Assembly (NCBI GenBank): GCA_044344255.1 | Contig: JBIJDH010000015.1 | Location: forward strand, 96,001-160,000 | Source of the DNA: Myxococcota bacterium | GTDB taxonomy: Bacteria; Myxococcota_A; UBA796; UBA2385 | DNA length: 64,000 bases | Direction: 5' to 3' | In this document: piece by piece, positions 1-8,343 of the stretch | Layout of the letters: each line of letters starts with the position of its first letter | Position numbering within the stretch: position 1 is the stretch's first letter | Program-made: the position numbers and the translations under genes | Notes under the pieces: generated by a model | Databases searched by the model: none | Seen by the model: the letters and a program-made list of their open reading frames with translations, nothing else | What the model was told of the DNA's origin: nothing

Positions 1-684
1 GTTGCCGCGCGGCCCGACACCGCGGAGGCCGTGGCCCTGGCTCGCTCGGAGGGGGTGGAGCGGGTGATCCTCCACGTCGGCGTTGAAGACCTCGACGGCC
101 TCGAGATCGCCCGCTTCGCGGACAAGGTGGACGTGCTCGTCGTCCCGGTGCAGCCGGGCGCGGGCGCCCTCGTGGCGGCCGGCCGCGCGATGGCGGAGGC
201 GCGGGAGGCGGGCCTGCGGGTGGCCGCCAACACGACGCTGAGCGCCAACACCCTGAGCCAGCTCCCGGCCGCGGCGCGGGTGCTCGCCGCGGCGCGCCCC
301 GCCGAGATCACCTTCACCTACCCCTTCCCGATCAACGGGGGAGACCTCGCGCTGGTGCCCACTCCGGCCCGCACGATGGTCGCCCTCCGCGAGGCCCTCC
401 GCCTGCTCGACCAGGCGGGCCTCCCCGCCGGGATCAAGGGCCTCCCCGCCTGCCTCCTCGGCCCGGAGCAGCACCGCCTCCGCCGCACGGCGAACCGCTG
501 GTACGTCGACGCCGACCACCAGCTCCAGGGGGCGCTGCTCTTCTTCCCCGACGTGGTCGCCTTCCACAAGGAGGAGCTCTGCCGCTTCTGCGCCGCCGAC
601 GACCGCTGCGACGGCTTCTTCGCGAGCTACCTCCGGCGGCCGGGCTCGCCGCAGCTCGAGCCCATCGAGGAGCCGCAGGGATAG
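1..684 (+). CDS. Radical-SAM-like protein, C-terminal part (5' end outside window)
   Basis: Frame open from base 1. GLPAC motif and C-terminal CRFC-x4-CDG cysteine cluster resemble the auxiliary Fe-S region of radical SAM proteins; the CxxxCxxC motif is not in the window. Confidence 0.5.
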   Translation, partial: VAARPDTAEAVALARSEGVERVILHVGVEDLDGLEIARFADKVDVLVVPVQPGAGALVAAGRAMAEAREAGLRVAANTTLSANTLSQLPAAARVLAAARPAEITFTYPFPINGGDLALVPTPARTMVALREALRLLDQAGLPAGIKGLPACLLGPEQHRLRRTANRWYVDADHQLQGALLFFPDVVAFHKEELCRFCAADDRCDGFFASYLRRPGSPQLEPIEEPQG

Positions 685-685
685 G
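640..685 (+). repeat. Direct repeat copy A1 (3' end of the radical-SAM-like gene); partner at 5763-5808
   Basis: ccgggctcgccgcagctcgagcccatcgaggagccgcagggatagg, 42/46 identical to 5763-5808. Confidence 0.9.
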
Positions 686-815
686 GTGCTGCATCAAAGG
701 GGCCGCTGGGAGTTCCGGCTCGGAGCGCGGAGGAGGCCGATCGCGGCGTCGTCCGGACGGCTCGTCGGCCGAGGATCCGGCTCGCTCCCGCTCGGTGGTC
801 CGCGGTGATAACGGG

Positions 816-2261
816 ATGGCTCGGCGTTCGGGAGCTCCGGAGGCCCAGCCGAGGTCCAGCGTGAAGGCCTTCCGACTCCAGAACTTTCGCGGCTTCGAGG
901 ACACCGGCTGGATCGAGCTCCTGCCCCTGACGTTGCTCGTCGGGCCGAACAGCACCGGGAAGAGCAGCCTCCTCCGCTTCCTGCCGCTGGTGCAGCAGAG
1001 CGTGCTGTACCCCACGGTGGGGCCCTTCTTGTGGAGCCGGGAGGGGGGCCTCGACTTTGGGACGCTCGCGACGGTGCGAAGGCGAACCACAAGTGAGCCC
1101 ATGACCGTGCATATGAAACTCGATGACTCTCCGGTCGCGCCCTTGGAGCTGTCAGTTCGAATTCCCTCCGAGGCTCCTCACAACGCTCCCGATCTGGTGG
1201 CCATTCGAGATAGGCTCTTCAACGTCGAGCTTGCTCTTGATAGTTCGGGAAAGGTCACTTCCTCGTCGAAGCTGATTGGGAAAAGTAGGCCTCTATCGTC
1301 GCTGAGTTTTGCCGAAGGCCCTGTGCCGAGCGAGTCCCTCGGAGAAGCCGGTCGGCAGATACGCTTTGGGAGAGCTTCTGTATTTATTGAGGCCATTCCA
1401 GTCACCGTCAAGTCGCTTTACGATGAGGAGGGAGAACTCCTACACTCACTGATCTGGAAATCGGCGGATGCTGCACGAGGCGTCCTGAGCGACAACAATC
1501 TTTACGCGCCAACGGACGATGAGTGGGCCATTCTCCAGGCACTCTGGTGGGCCAGAGGACTTGACCATCGACTGGGAGTGGCGCAGCGCTCTCTGCGAGA
1601 GTGGGGCAGCCGTGTCGCCTACCTCGGTCCCGCCCGCGAGAGCCCCCGGCGCTACTACCGACAGTGGGAAGACCCAGCCCGCCGCCTCGACCCGAGCGGA
1701 CGCAACCTGCCGCTCGTGTTCCTGGCCCTGCCCGAGGCCGATCGCGCCGCCTTCAACGAGCTCCTCGCCGAGCGCCTCGGCTTTCGGATGGAGGTGGAGG
1801 GCACTGGCGCGAACGTGGAGCTCGTGCTGGTCGACGGCGACGGCACTCGTTCCAACCTCATTGACCTCGGCTTCGGCTTCTCCCAGGTCCTCCCCATCTA
1901 CCTGCAGGCCTTCCTCGGTCGCCGCGCGGATCGAGAGGCTGGGCGGGATGTCTCGGTCTTCGCGGTGGAGCAGCCGGAGCTGCACCTTCACCCCCGCCAC
2001 CAGGCCCAGCTCGCCGACCTCTTCGGCTTCGTCACGGCGCCTGTCGAGGGCGGACCTCCGCCCTTCCCCTGCTTCGTGGAGACCCACAGCGAGGCGCTGA
2101 TCGACCGAATGGGCGAGCTCATCTCGGAGGGGAAGGTGCGTCGGGAGGATGTACAGGTGTTGCTCTTCGAGAAGAAGGGAGCTGACTGCACCGTCCGCCG
2201 CACCAATTACGACGCCGAGGGGGTGCTCACCGACTGGCCCCCGGGCTTCCTGGCCCGCTGA
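816..2261 (+). CDS. ABC/AAA_21-type ATPase with DUF3696-like C-terminus (defence-associated)
   Basis: N-terminal LQNFRGF, Walker A GPNSTGKS, signature GFGFSQVLP, Walker B AVEQPELHLHP, H-loop ETHSE, C-terminal DWPPGF. Start could be 795, 816 or 861. Confidence 0.85.
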   Translation: MARRSGAPEAQPRSSVKAFRLQNFRGFEDTGWIELLPLTLLVGPNSTGKSSLLRFLPLVQQSVLYPTVGPFLWSREGGLDFGTLATVRRRTTSEPMTVHMKLDDSPVAPLELSVRIPSEAPHNAPDLVAIRDRLFNVELALDSSGKVTSSSKLIGKSRPLSSLSFAEGPVPSESLGEAGRQIRFGRASVFIEAIPVTVKSLYDEEGELLHSLIWKSADAARGVLSDNNLYAPTDDEWAILQALWWARGLDHRLGVAQRSLREWGSRVAYLGPARESPRRYYRQWEDPARRLDPSGRNLPLVFLALPEADRAAFNELLAERLGFRMEVEGTGANVELVLVDGDGTRSNLIDLGFGFSQVLPIYLQAFLGRRADREAGRDVSVFAVEQPELHLHPRHQAQLADLFGFVTAPVEGGPPPFPCFVETHSEALIDRMGELISEGKVRREDVQVLLFEKKGADCTVRRTNYDAEGVLTDWPPGFLAR

Positions 2262-2264
2262 GCC

Positions 2265-3245
2265 ATGCTCTACTGGCTTCATGAGGAGCTCGAGGAGGGC
2301 ATCCGCGCTCAGGAGCGGCACACGGTCGAGGCCCTCGGCGTGCTCCTCCGCCGGGCCGCGGAGGGCAAGCACCTCCTGCTCTGCGGTCGGCGGGTGCTCA
2401 CCGCGCTGGGGGACTGGGGAAAGCAGGCTCAGCTCGACTTCCGCTCCCGCGGGGCTCTGGAGGAGCTCGGGAAGCGGCTCAAGGACGCGCCCCCCCTCCT
2501 GAATGCAGCGACCGTGCGCGTCGATGTCGGGCCGGCCCGTTGGCCGCGTGGCTGGGCGGACCACGCGAAGTCGGTCTATCAGCTCCCCGTCACCGCCCTC
2601 GACGATATGGACGCCGCCGCCGCGACCACGCTGCTCACCGAGGGGCAGGCGGACGCGAATTTGTTCGAGCAGGCGGCGAGAGCGCTCTTCGCACACAAGG
2701 ATTACTCTTGCCCCCGCTACATTCAGCTCTGCATCCGTCCAGGCCTCGGGGGAGGAGGGCAAATCGGAGACGAGCTGGTGAGAATCTCCCGTCATGGCGC
2801 CCCTGTCCTCTGTGTCGTGGACGCTGACGTCTCCGCACCGGGTGAAGCACCCCGAGAGGGCCAGACAGCCTGGAAGGCGCTCGCCGCCTGTGTCAAGCTG
2901 AGGTCCCCTGCACATGTGGAGGTACTTGCGGCGCGAGAAGTTGAGAACCTGCGACCCTTGCCCCTTCTGCTTGCTGCATTCAGTCCGGTGGACCGAATGC
3001 TGGGCGCTCAATGGGAGGGGAGACAGCAGGAAGGCGCGTTTTTTCCGGATAAGCGGGGACGGTACGAGGAGCTCAAGGGCTCCCTGCCGACGGGGACCAC
3101 AGCCCGATGCGCCGGGCATCTCGCCGACCTCAACAGCCGTGACGCTGCGGGCTTGCTCTTCGCGGGTGGCGATGACACCTGGGCCTCCCTCGCCCGGCTG
3201 GTGCTGGACTGGGGCATCGGGGTCCGCCCAGTGCGATTGTCCTGA
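2265..3245 (+). CDS. Hypothetical ATPase partner with TOPRIM-like nuclease motifs
   Basis: Starts 3 nt after the ATPase stop. Motifs LLTEGQAD, CVVDAD (DxD) and REVENL match the TOPRIM/OLD-type acidic pattern. Confidence 0.55.
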   Translation: MLYWLHEELEEGIRAQERHTVEALGVLLRRAAEGKHLLLCGRRVLTALGDWGKQAQLDFRSRGALEELGKRLKDAPPLLNAATVRVDVGPARWPRGWADHAKSVYQLPVTALDDMDAAAATTLLTEGQADANLFEQAARALFAHKDYSCPRYIQLCIRPGLGGGGQIGDELVRISRHGAPVLCVVDADVSAPGEAPREGQTAWKALAACVKLRSPAHVEVLAAREVENLRPLPLLLAAFSPVDRMLGAQWEGRQQEGAFFPDKRGRYEELKGSLPTGTTARCAGHLADLNSRDAAGLLFAGGDDTWASLARLVLDWGIGVRPVRLS

Positions 3246-3345
3246 ACCTGAGGGCCTCCCGGGCCCTTGGCCCCTGGATCTGCTTCCGCCCCGGCAGCTC
3301 GCGCCCTCTTGGTGGTAACCTGCCGCCTTGAACCCGGACCTCCCC

Positions 3346-5688
3346 ATGCCCAGCCCGATGCCCCGACTCCAATTGCTGTGGGTGCTGTGCATCGCGGGGC
3401 TCCTCTCCGTAGGCTGCAAGGGCAAGGGCACCACGGAGGGCTCCTGCACGGCGGAGGAGCTCGACATGCTGCAGGAGACCTGCCTCTCTCACGGCGGGGA
3501 CTTCGAGGGGGCGTCGAGCTCGTCGAGCTTGGAGGAGTGTGGCACTGCGGTGGGGTGGACGGAGATCAGCGGCAGCTGCCGCCTGGATGGCGAGGGCTCT
3601 TGCTCGGTCGTGTGCAGCTTCCCGTCGGAGGCCGACAGCGGCGACAACGACGGAGACGGCTTCTCGCCAGAGGAGGGGGACTGCGACGATGAAGACCCCG
3701 AGATCAACCCTGCCGCGATCGAGGTCTGCAATGGGGTGGATGACAACTGCAACAACTTCACCGACGACGCCGATCCCAGCCTTGATCTGAGCACGACGAC
3801 CGCCTGGTACCCCGACAACGACGGAGATGCCTTCGGTCAGGTCGAGCCGGCGGCCTATCGCTGCGCAGGTCTTCAAGACGAGGCGTCGCTCTCGGGAGAC
3901 TGCGACGACGGAAACCCCGCCATCAACCCCGGGGCCGACGAGTATTGCGACGGACTCGACACAAACTGCAACGACATCGCCGATGATGAGGCCGTCGACG
4001 CGCCTCCCTGGTTCCCCGACGCCGATGGTGACGGGTACGGGGACCCCTCGCTCATGGTCGCCGAGTGCCATCGCCCGCCGGGGACCTACCTCGACAATGG
4101 TGAGGACTGCGACGACTCCGATGCCTCCATCTCCCCCGCAGCAGTCGAGCGCTGCAATGGCTGGGATGACGACTGCGACGGGGACATCGACGAGATTGGT
4201 GCGTCGGATGGCAGCGTCGTCTACGCAGACCTCGACGGCGATGGCCATGGGGACCCGGGTGCTGCCACCCTCGCCTGCGGGCCCACCGACGGCTACGAGG
4301 CCCTCGGCGATGACTGCGACGACGCGGATGCAGACGTACATCCCGAGCAGACCGAGCGGGCTGCGGATGGCCTCGACAACGACTGCAACGGCGAGATCGA
4401 CACGATCGATATGGGTGATGCCGGGGCGAAGGTGATTGGGGATGCCACCACCAGCAGCGACTATTACTTGGGATACTCCTGGTCCTCCTCCGTTGACGTC
4501 GACGGCGATGGCGACGATGATTTGGCCCTCGGCTCCTATTATGGAAGTTATGGGCGAATCGATCTGGTGGATGGATCCATTTCCGGAAGCGTCAGCGTGG
4601 CGACCGCCACAGCCAGTCTCATTGGCTCGGCGGCTGGAGTAGGTGTCGGCTCCAAGGCCTTCTCTGATGGCGCAGATGCAGACGGAGATGGTTTCGAGGA
4701 CGTTGCAGTCGGGTCCACTTTGTTTGACCATTCCGAGATTTACCTTCAGTTCGGACCTTTTTCAGGTGTGGAATCACTGTCCGAGGATTATGCTGCGCTG
4801 TTGTTTGAAGAGTTCGGTCTATCGGCCAGTCTGGCCGATGTCGATGGCGATACGCTGGCCGACGTGGTGGTTGGAGCCTGGGCTGACTGTCTCCCTGGGG
4901 GCACCCGGCCGGGAGGGGTTTTCGTCTTCGCCTCTCCTCCCTCGCAAAATTCGTCGCTGGCTGACGCGGAGTGGCAGTGGTGTGGCCCACACGACAACGG
5001 AGTCGCAGGAAATGCGGTAGAACCGCTCGACTACAACGGGGATGGTATCTCTGACCTTGTGATAGGTGCATACGAGGACGGCTTCGCGGGGAGCCACGCC
5101 GGAGCGGTCTATCTGGTGCCCGGGGGCGTGCCTCAGGGGAACTACTCTCTCGCTGACGCCGACGACGTCTACTACAGCGAAGCGGCGACAGGCGGCGGCG
5201 CCAATGCCAATCTCGGCCGCTCCGTGGCCAACGGTGGTGACACCAACGGCGATGGACTCGACGATGCAGTCGTTGGCTCCCCCGGTGACTCGGAAGGTGG
5301 TGGAAGCGCTGGCGCTGCCTGGATCCTCGATGGGAGCGTGAGTGGGCCTTCGCTGGCGGGTCTGCCTAAATGGATCGGAGTCATAGCCGACCAGGCGGGC
5401 ATCGTGGTGTCGGGTGTCGGTAATATTGACGGCGCCACGGGGTCGGAGATGCTGGTCGGAAACGCGGATGGCAAGACCTGGCTGGTCGCCAATCCGGGCT
5501 CGAGCACCAGTCTGTTGGAGGACGCTGCGCTCTTCGTCTCCGGCGGAACAGGAGGGGGCGCCTTTGGAGTGGGAGACCTTGACTCCGATGGACTTGGCGA
5601 CTTCCTGGTCACGGACTACTCCGACTCGGAAGGCGGCGCGCAGGCCGGTGCGGTCTTCCTGTTCTTCGGTGCGGACATCGCACCCTGA
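3346..5688 (+). CDS. Secreted lipoprotein with MopE-like putative metal-binding repeats and FG-GAP (integrin-alpha-like) repeats
   Basis: Lipobox-like LLSVGC; repeated DxDGDG..DCDD..PxAxExCNGxDDxCxG units; C-terminal D(V/L)DGDGxxDxxVGA and GAVYL repeats. Start uncertain (3328-3358). Confidence 0.8.
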   Translation: MPSPMPRLQLLWVLCIAGLLSVGCKGKGTTEGSCTAEELDMLQETCLSHGGDFEGASSSSSLEECGTAVGWTEISGSCRLDGEGSCSVVCSFPSEADSGDNDGDGFSPEEGDCDDEDPEINPAAIEVCNGVDDNCNNFTDDADPSLDLSTTTAWYPDNDGDAFGQVEPAAYRCAGLQDEASLSGDCDDGNPAINPGADEYCDGLDTNCNDIADDEAVDAPPWFPDADGDGYGDPSLMVAECHRPPGTYLDNGEDCDDSDASISPAAVERCNGWDDDCDGDIDEIGASDGSVVYADLDGDGHGDPGAATLACGPTDGYEALGDDCDDADADVHPEQTERAADGLDNDCNGEIDTIDMGDAGAKVIGDATTSSDYYLGYSWSSSVDVDGDGDDDLALGSYYGSYGRIDLVDGSISGSVSVATATASLIGSAAGVGVGSKAFSDGADADGDGFEDVAVGSTLFDHSEIYLQFGPFSGVESLSEDYAALLFEEFGLSASLADVDGDTLADVVVGAWADCLPGGTRPGGVFVFASPPSQNSSLADAEWQWCGPHDNGVAGNAVEPLDYNGDGISDLVIGAYEDGFAGSHAGAVYLVPGGVPQGNYSLADADDVYYSEAATGGGANANLGRSVANGGDTNGDGLDDAVVGSPGDSEGGGSAGAAWILDGSVSGPSLAGLPKWIGVIADQAGIVVSGVGNIDGATGSEMLVGNADGKTWLVANPGSSTSLLEDAALFVSGGTGGGAFGVGDLDSDGLGDFLVTDYSDSEGGAQAGAVFLFFGADIAP

Positions 5689-5762
5689 GCGGGTCTCCAA
5701 GACCTGGAGGCAGAGCGAGTCGCTCCATTCCCTGTGAGGTGCCCTGAGCGGCGAGGCCATCT

Positions 5763-5808
5763 CCGGGCTCCCCCCAGCTCGAGCCCATCGACGAGCCGCA
5801 GGGGTAGG
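5763..5808 (+). repeat. Direct repeat copy A2: orphan 3' end of the radical-SAM-like gene
   Basis: Encodes PGSPQLEPIDEPQG* versus PGSPQLEPIEEPQG* at 640-684; all 4 mismatches are at third codon positions. Confidence 0.9.
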
Positions 5809-5823
5809 CCGCCCGGTGGACCG

Positions 5824-6381
5824 TCAGCCGTGCCGGTACATGACGTCCGTGCGGAGCACATACTTCCTGCCCCGGGTGACCGCTGCACCCTCGTGCGGCA
5901 CCGCGTGCTTGAACAGGAGCACCTTTCCGGTCTCTGGCTTCACCTGGATGTTCGGGACGAAGTTTGTCTCTCCGCCCTCGAAGTCTTCGTTCAGGTAGAT
6001 CATGCAGGTCAACAGGCTCCGCTCCAGCGCGGAGCGGACGAAGGCGCCGTCGGAGTGGAAGGCGAAGCGCTCTCCCGGATCGTATCGATACCAGCGAAAG
6101 CGCTCGTTGAGCCCGACGGGGGTGAAGGCCCCGCCCTGAGGAGGGGTGACCGATTCGAGTCGGCCCCACAGGGCCGCGGCGAGGGCGGGGTTGTCCTCCA
6201 TCAGCCGCGTGTTGTTCCGGATGTCGGTCCGCATCACGGGCCCTCGCGCGGTGGTCACCGGGGCGGCGGTGAAGCCCCGGGACTCGGCGGACGCGATCGC
6301 GGTGGCGCAGTCGGCCGGAGAGAGGAAGGACGGGACCTCCCAGATGAGGCCGGCTTCGACCGTGTGGAGTTTTGGGGCCAT
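5824..6381 (-). CDS. 2OG-Fe(II) oxygenase (prolyl-4-hydroxylase-like)
   Basis: HxD (HSD), YLN, GGET, distal H (PHEG), KYVLRTD. Confidence 0.85.
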   Translation of the reverse strand: MAPKLHTVEAGLIWEVPSFLSPADCATAIASAESRGFTAAPVTTARGPVMRTDIRNNTRLMEDNPALAAALWGRLESVTPPQGGAFTPVGLNERFRWYRYDPGERFAFHSDGAFVRSALERSLLTCMIYLNEDFEGGETNFVPNIQVKPETGKVLLFKHAVPHEGAAVTRGRKYVLRTDVMYRHG

Positions 6382-6469
6382 CGCCGTGGGTCACTCCTCG
6401 ATCGGAGTCTGCCACAGGCGTGGCCGCGCGGGGGCGAGCGCCGCTCGGCGGCCTCGCCCCACCGCACCC

Positions 6470-7084
6470 TCAGGCCACGAGGTCGCCGTGGACGTGGGGC
6501 ATCACCATCGGCGTCGTCGGGTGCATGTCGGCGAGGCCGAGCACGTTGCGGGCGAGGGCGATCATCTCCGGGCTGCCATGGGCGAGCACGAGGTACTGGC
6601 CGGCGTTCACGGCGAGCTCGTACTGCACGACGCTGTCCTTCGGCAGGCCGATGCCGGTGAGGGCCGCGGTGAGCGCCCCGGTGGCGCCGCCGACCGCCGC
6701 GCCCTCGAGGGCGCCGAGGATCCAGCCGGCGAGGGGGCCCATCACGACGAGGGGGCCGATGGCGGGGATGAAGAAGAAGGCGCTGCCGAAGAGCACGCCC
6801 CAGAGCGATCCCCAGAACACACCCTGGCGGCCCCAGTAGCGGATGCGGTCGCCGGAGGTGTAGAAGCCGACGGCCTGCTCCTCGGTGTGGAAGTCCTTGC
6901 CGACGATCGACAGCTTCTTCATGTCGATGCCGGCCTTCTGGAGGGCGCGGATCGCGAGCTCGGCGGCCTCGTGGGTGGCGTAGGTGGCGACGACCGACTG
7001 GTCGCCGGTCACTCCCGCGCCGACGGAGAGGGGGACGGGCAGGGCGCCGAGGGGGAGGGGCGTGTGGGTGAGGGTCGGGTTCAT
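6470..7084 (-). CDS. General-stress/DUF1269-like membrane protein
   Basis: Gly/Ala-rich hydrophobic hairpin (IPAIGPLVVMGPLAG...GALTAALTGIGLP) and KLSIVGKD motif. Confidence 0.7.
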   Translation of the reverse strand: MNPTLTHTPLPLGALPVPLSVGAGVTGDQSVVATYATHEAAELAIRALQKAGIDMKKLSIVGKDFHTEEQAVGFYTSGDRIRYWGRQGVFWGSLWGVLFGSAFFFIPAIGPLVVMGPLAGWILGALEGAAVGGATGALTAALTGIGLPKDSVVQYELAVNAGQYLVLAHGSPEMIALARNVLGLADMHPTTPMVMPHVHGDLVA

Positions 7085-7312
7085 GAGTGCTCCAGTCGTG
7101 GGTCTGTCCCCGAACGGTGCAACAACCGCGCCGCTCGGCCGGGGGCCACCTCGGCGGGCAAGCATCGGCGAGAACGGCGCTTTCTTCCTACTCCAGCGAG
7201 TGAGCGTCGCCCCCGATTCACGGGAGTGGGCCCTGCGGAGCGACCATCACCTTGACGGTGGCCCCCCCTCACCCTGGGGGCGGCGCTGGGTCCGCCTCGA
7301 GGGTCGGCGCGT

Positions 7313-8263
7313 TCAGCCGCGCCAGCAGACGCAGCGCGCGCAGACCGGGTGGCGGTCGACGTCGAGGTGGCGTCGCTCGGGGCGGCTCTCGCGCATCGCC
7401 GTGCGCAGGCCCTCGCGGGTGTGGGCCGCGGTGGGCAAGAAGAAGCAGTGGCGCCAGGCGCCGGTGGGATCGACCACGCCGGAGGTCCAGGGGGCGAGGC
7501 ATCGGGGGGCCTCGACCTGACCTTCGCTGAGGCGGAGGCTTCGGTCGAGGGCGTAGGCGGACATCTTGATGAAGGGGTCCCGGGCCGCGGTGGAGAGGAA
7601 GGCGGAGAGCCGCGGGAGCTGCTCGGGGCGAGGGGCCTGGCCGAGGGGCCCCTCCTCCAAGGCGTGACCTGCGCGGTCACCGAAGGCGGCGCTGCTGGTG
7701 TCGGCCGCGAGGACGCTCATGGCGTCACAGCCCGAGGCCTCGGTCATCTCGCGGATCTGATCGAGCTCGTCGATGTTCTCGGCCCAGAGGGTGACGCGCG
7801 CGTGGAGCGGGCGCCCGCGCAGCGCCTCCGCCCCCTCCCGCAGGGCGCGGAGGCCCTTGAGCCCGCGGAGGCGGAAGTAGGTCTCCTCGGTGGCGGCGTC
7901 CCAAGAGACGAACACCCGCGCGGCCGCGTCTCGCACCAGGGCGGCGTGCTTACGGAGGGCGAGGCCGTTGGTCATCAGCGCGACCGGCAGGTGGCGGGCG
8001 AGGGCGGGCAGCAGGGTGGTGATGTCGGGGTGGCTGAGCGGCTCTCCGCCCGTGAGCACGAGCTCATGGAAGCCCAGGTCGGCCGCCTCCCGCGCGAGCT
8101 CCACCCAGCGAGCGGAGGGGAGCTCACCGGCCTCAGGCTCTCGAAAGGCGCAGCCGGCGCAGCGGCTGTTGCAGCGGTGGGTGATGTCGAAGACCACCAC
8201 CTCGGGGCGCATCAGGCCGGTGCCGCGGAGGAGGTGGGCGCTGAGGTCGCGGGCGAGGCGCAT
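7313..8263 (-). CDS. Radical SAM/SPASM-domain protein
   Basis: CNSRCAGC, LTGGEP, MTNG, C-terminal CLAPW...HC and CARCVC. Confidence 0.85.
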   Translation of the reverse strand: MRLARDLSAHLLRGTGLMRPEVVVFDITHRCNSRCAGCAFREPEAGELPSARWVELAREAADLGFHELVLTGGEPLSHPDITTLLPALARHLPVALMTNGLALRKHAALVRDAAARVFVSWDAATEETYFRLRGLKGLRALREGAEALRGRPLHARVTLWAENIDELDQIREMTEASGCDAMSVLAADTSSAAFGDRAGHALEEGPLGQAPRPEQLPRLSAFLSTAARDPFIKMSAYALDRSLRLSEGQVEAPRCLAPWTSGVVDPTGAWRHCFFLPTAAHTREGLRTAMRESRPERRHLDVDRHPVCARCVCWRG

Positions 8264-8343
8264 CCCAGCGCCTATCTCGGGCGGGAGCTTCGAGGCCCTC
8301 GGGCTCCGCGGCGCCCAGGCGGGGGCGCGCGCGCGGCGGCGCC

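Larger units (their letters stand above)
686..5808. mobile_element. Putative integrase-free genomic islet 1 (ATPase + TOPRIM-like pair, secreted lipoprotein)
   Basis: Bounded by the duplicated gene 3' end; contains lower-GC stretches and defence-like cargo; no recombinase gene inside. Confidence 0.65.

Noticed and set aside
3640..4400. Repeats in the lipoprotein gene as a DNA-level repeat element
   Set aside because: They are degenerate protein-domain repeats, conserved at amino-acid rather than nucleotide level.
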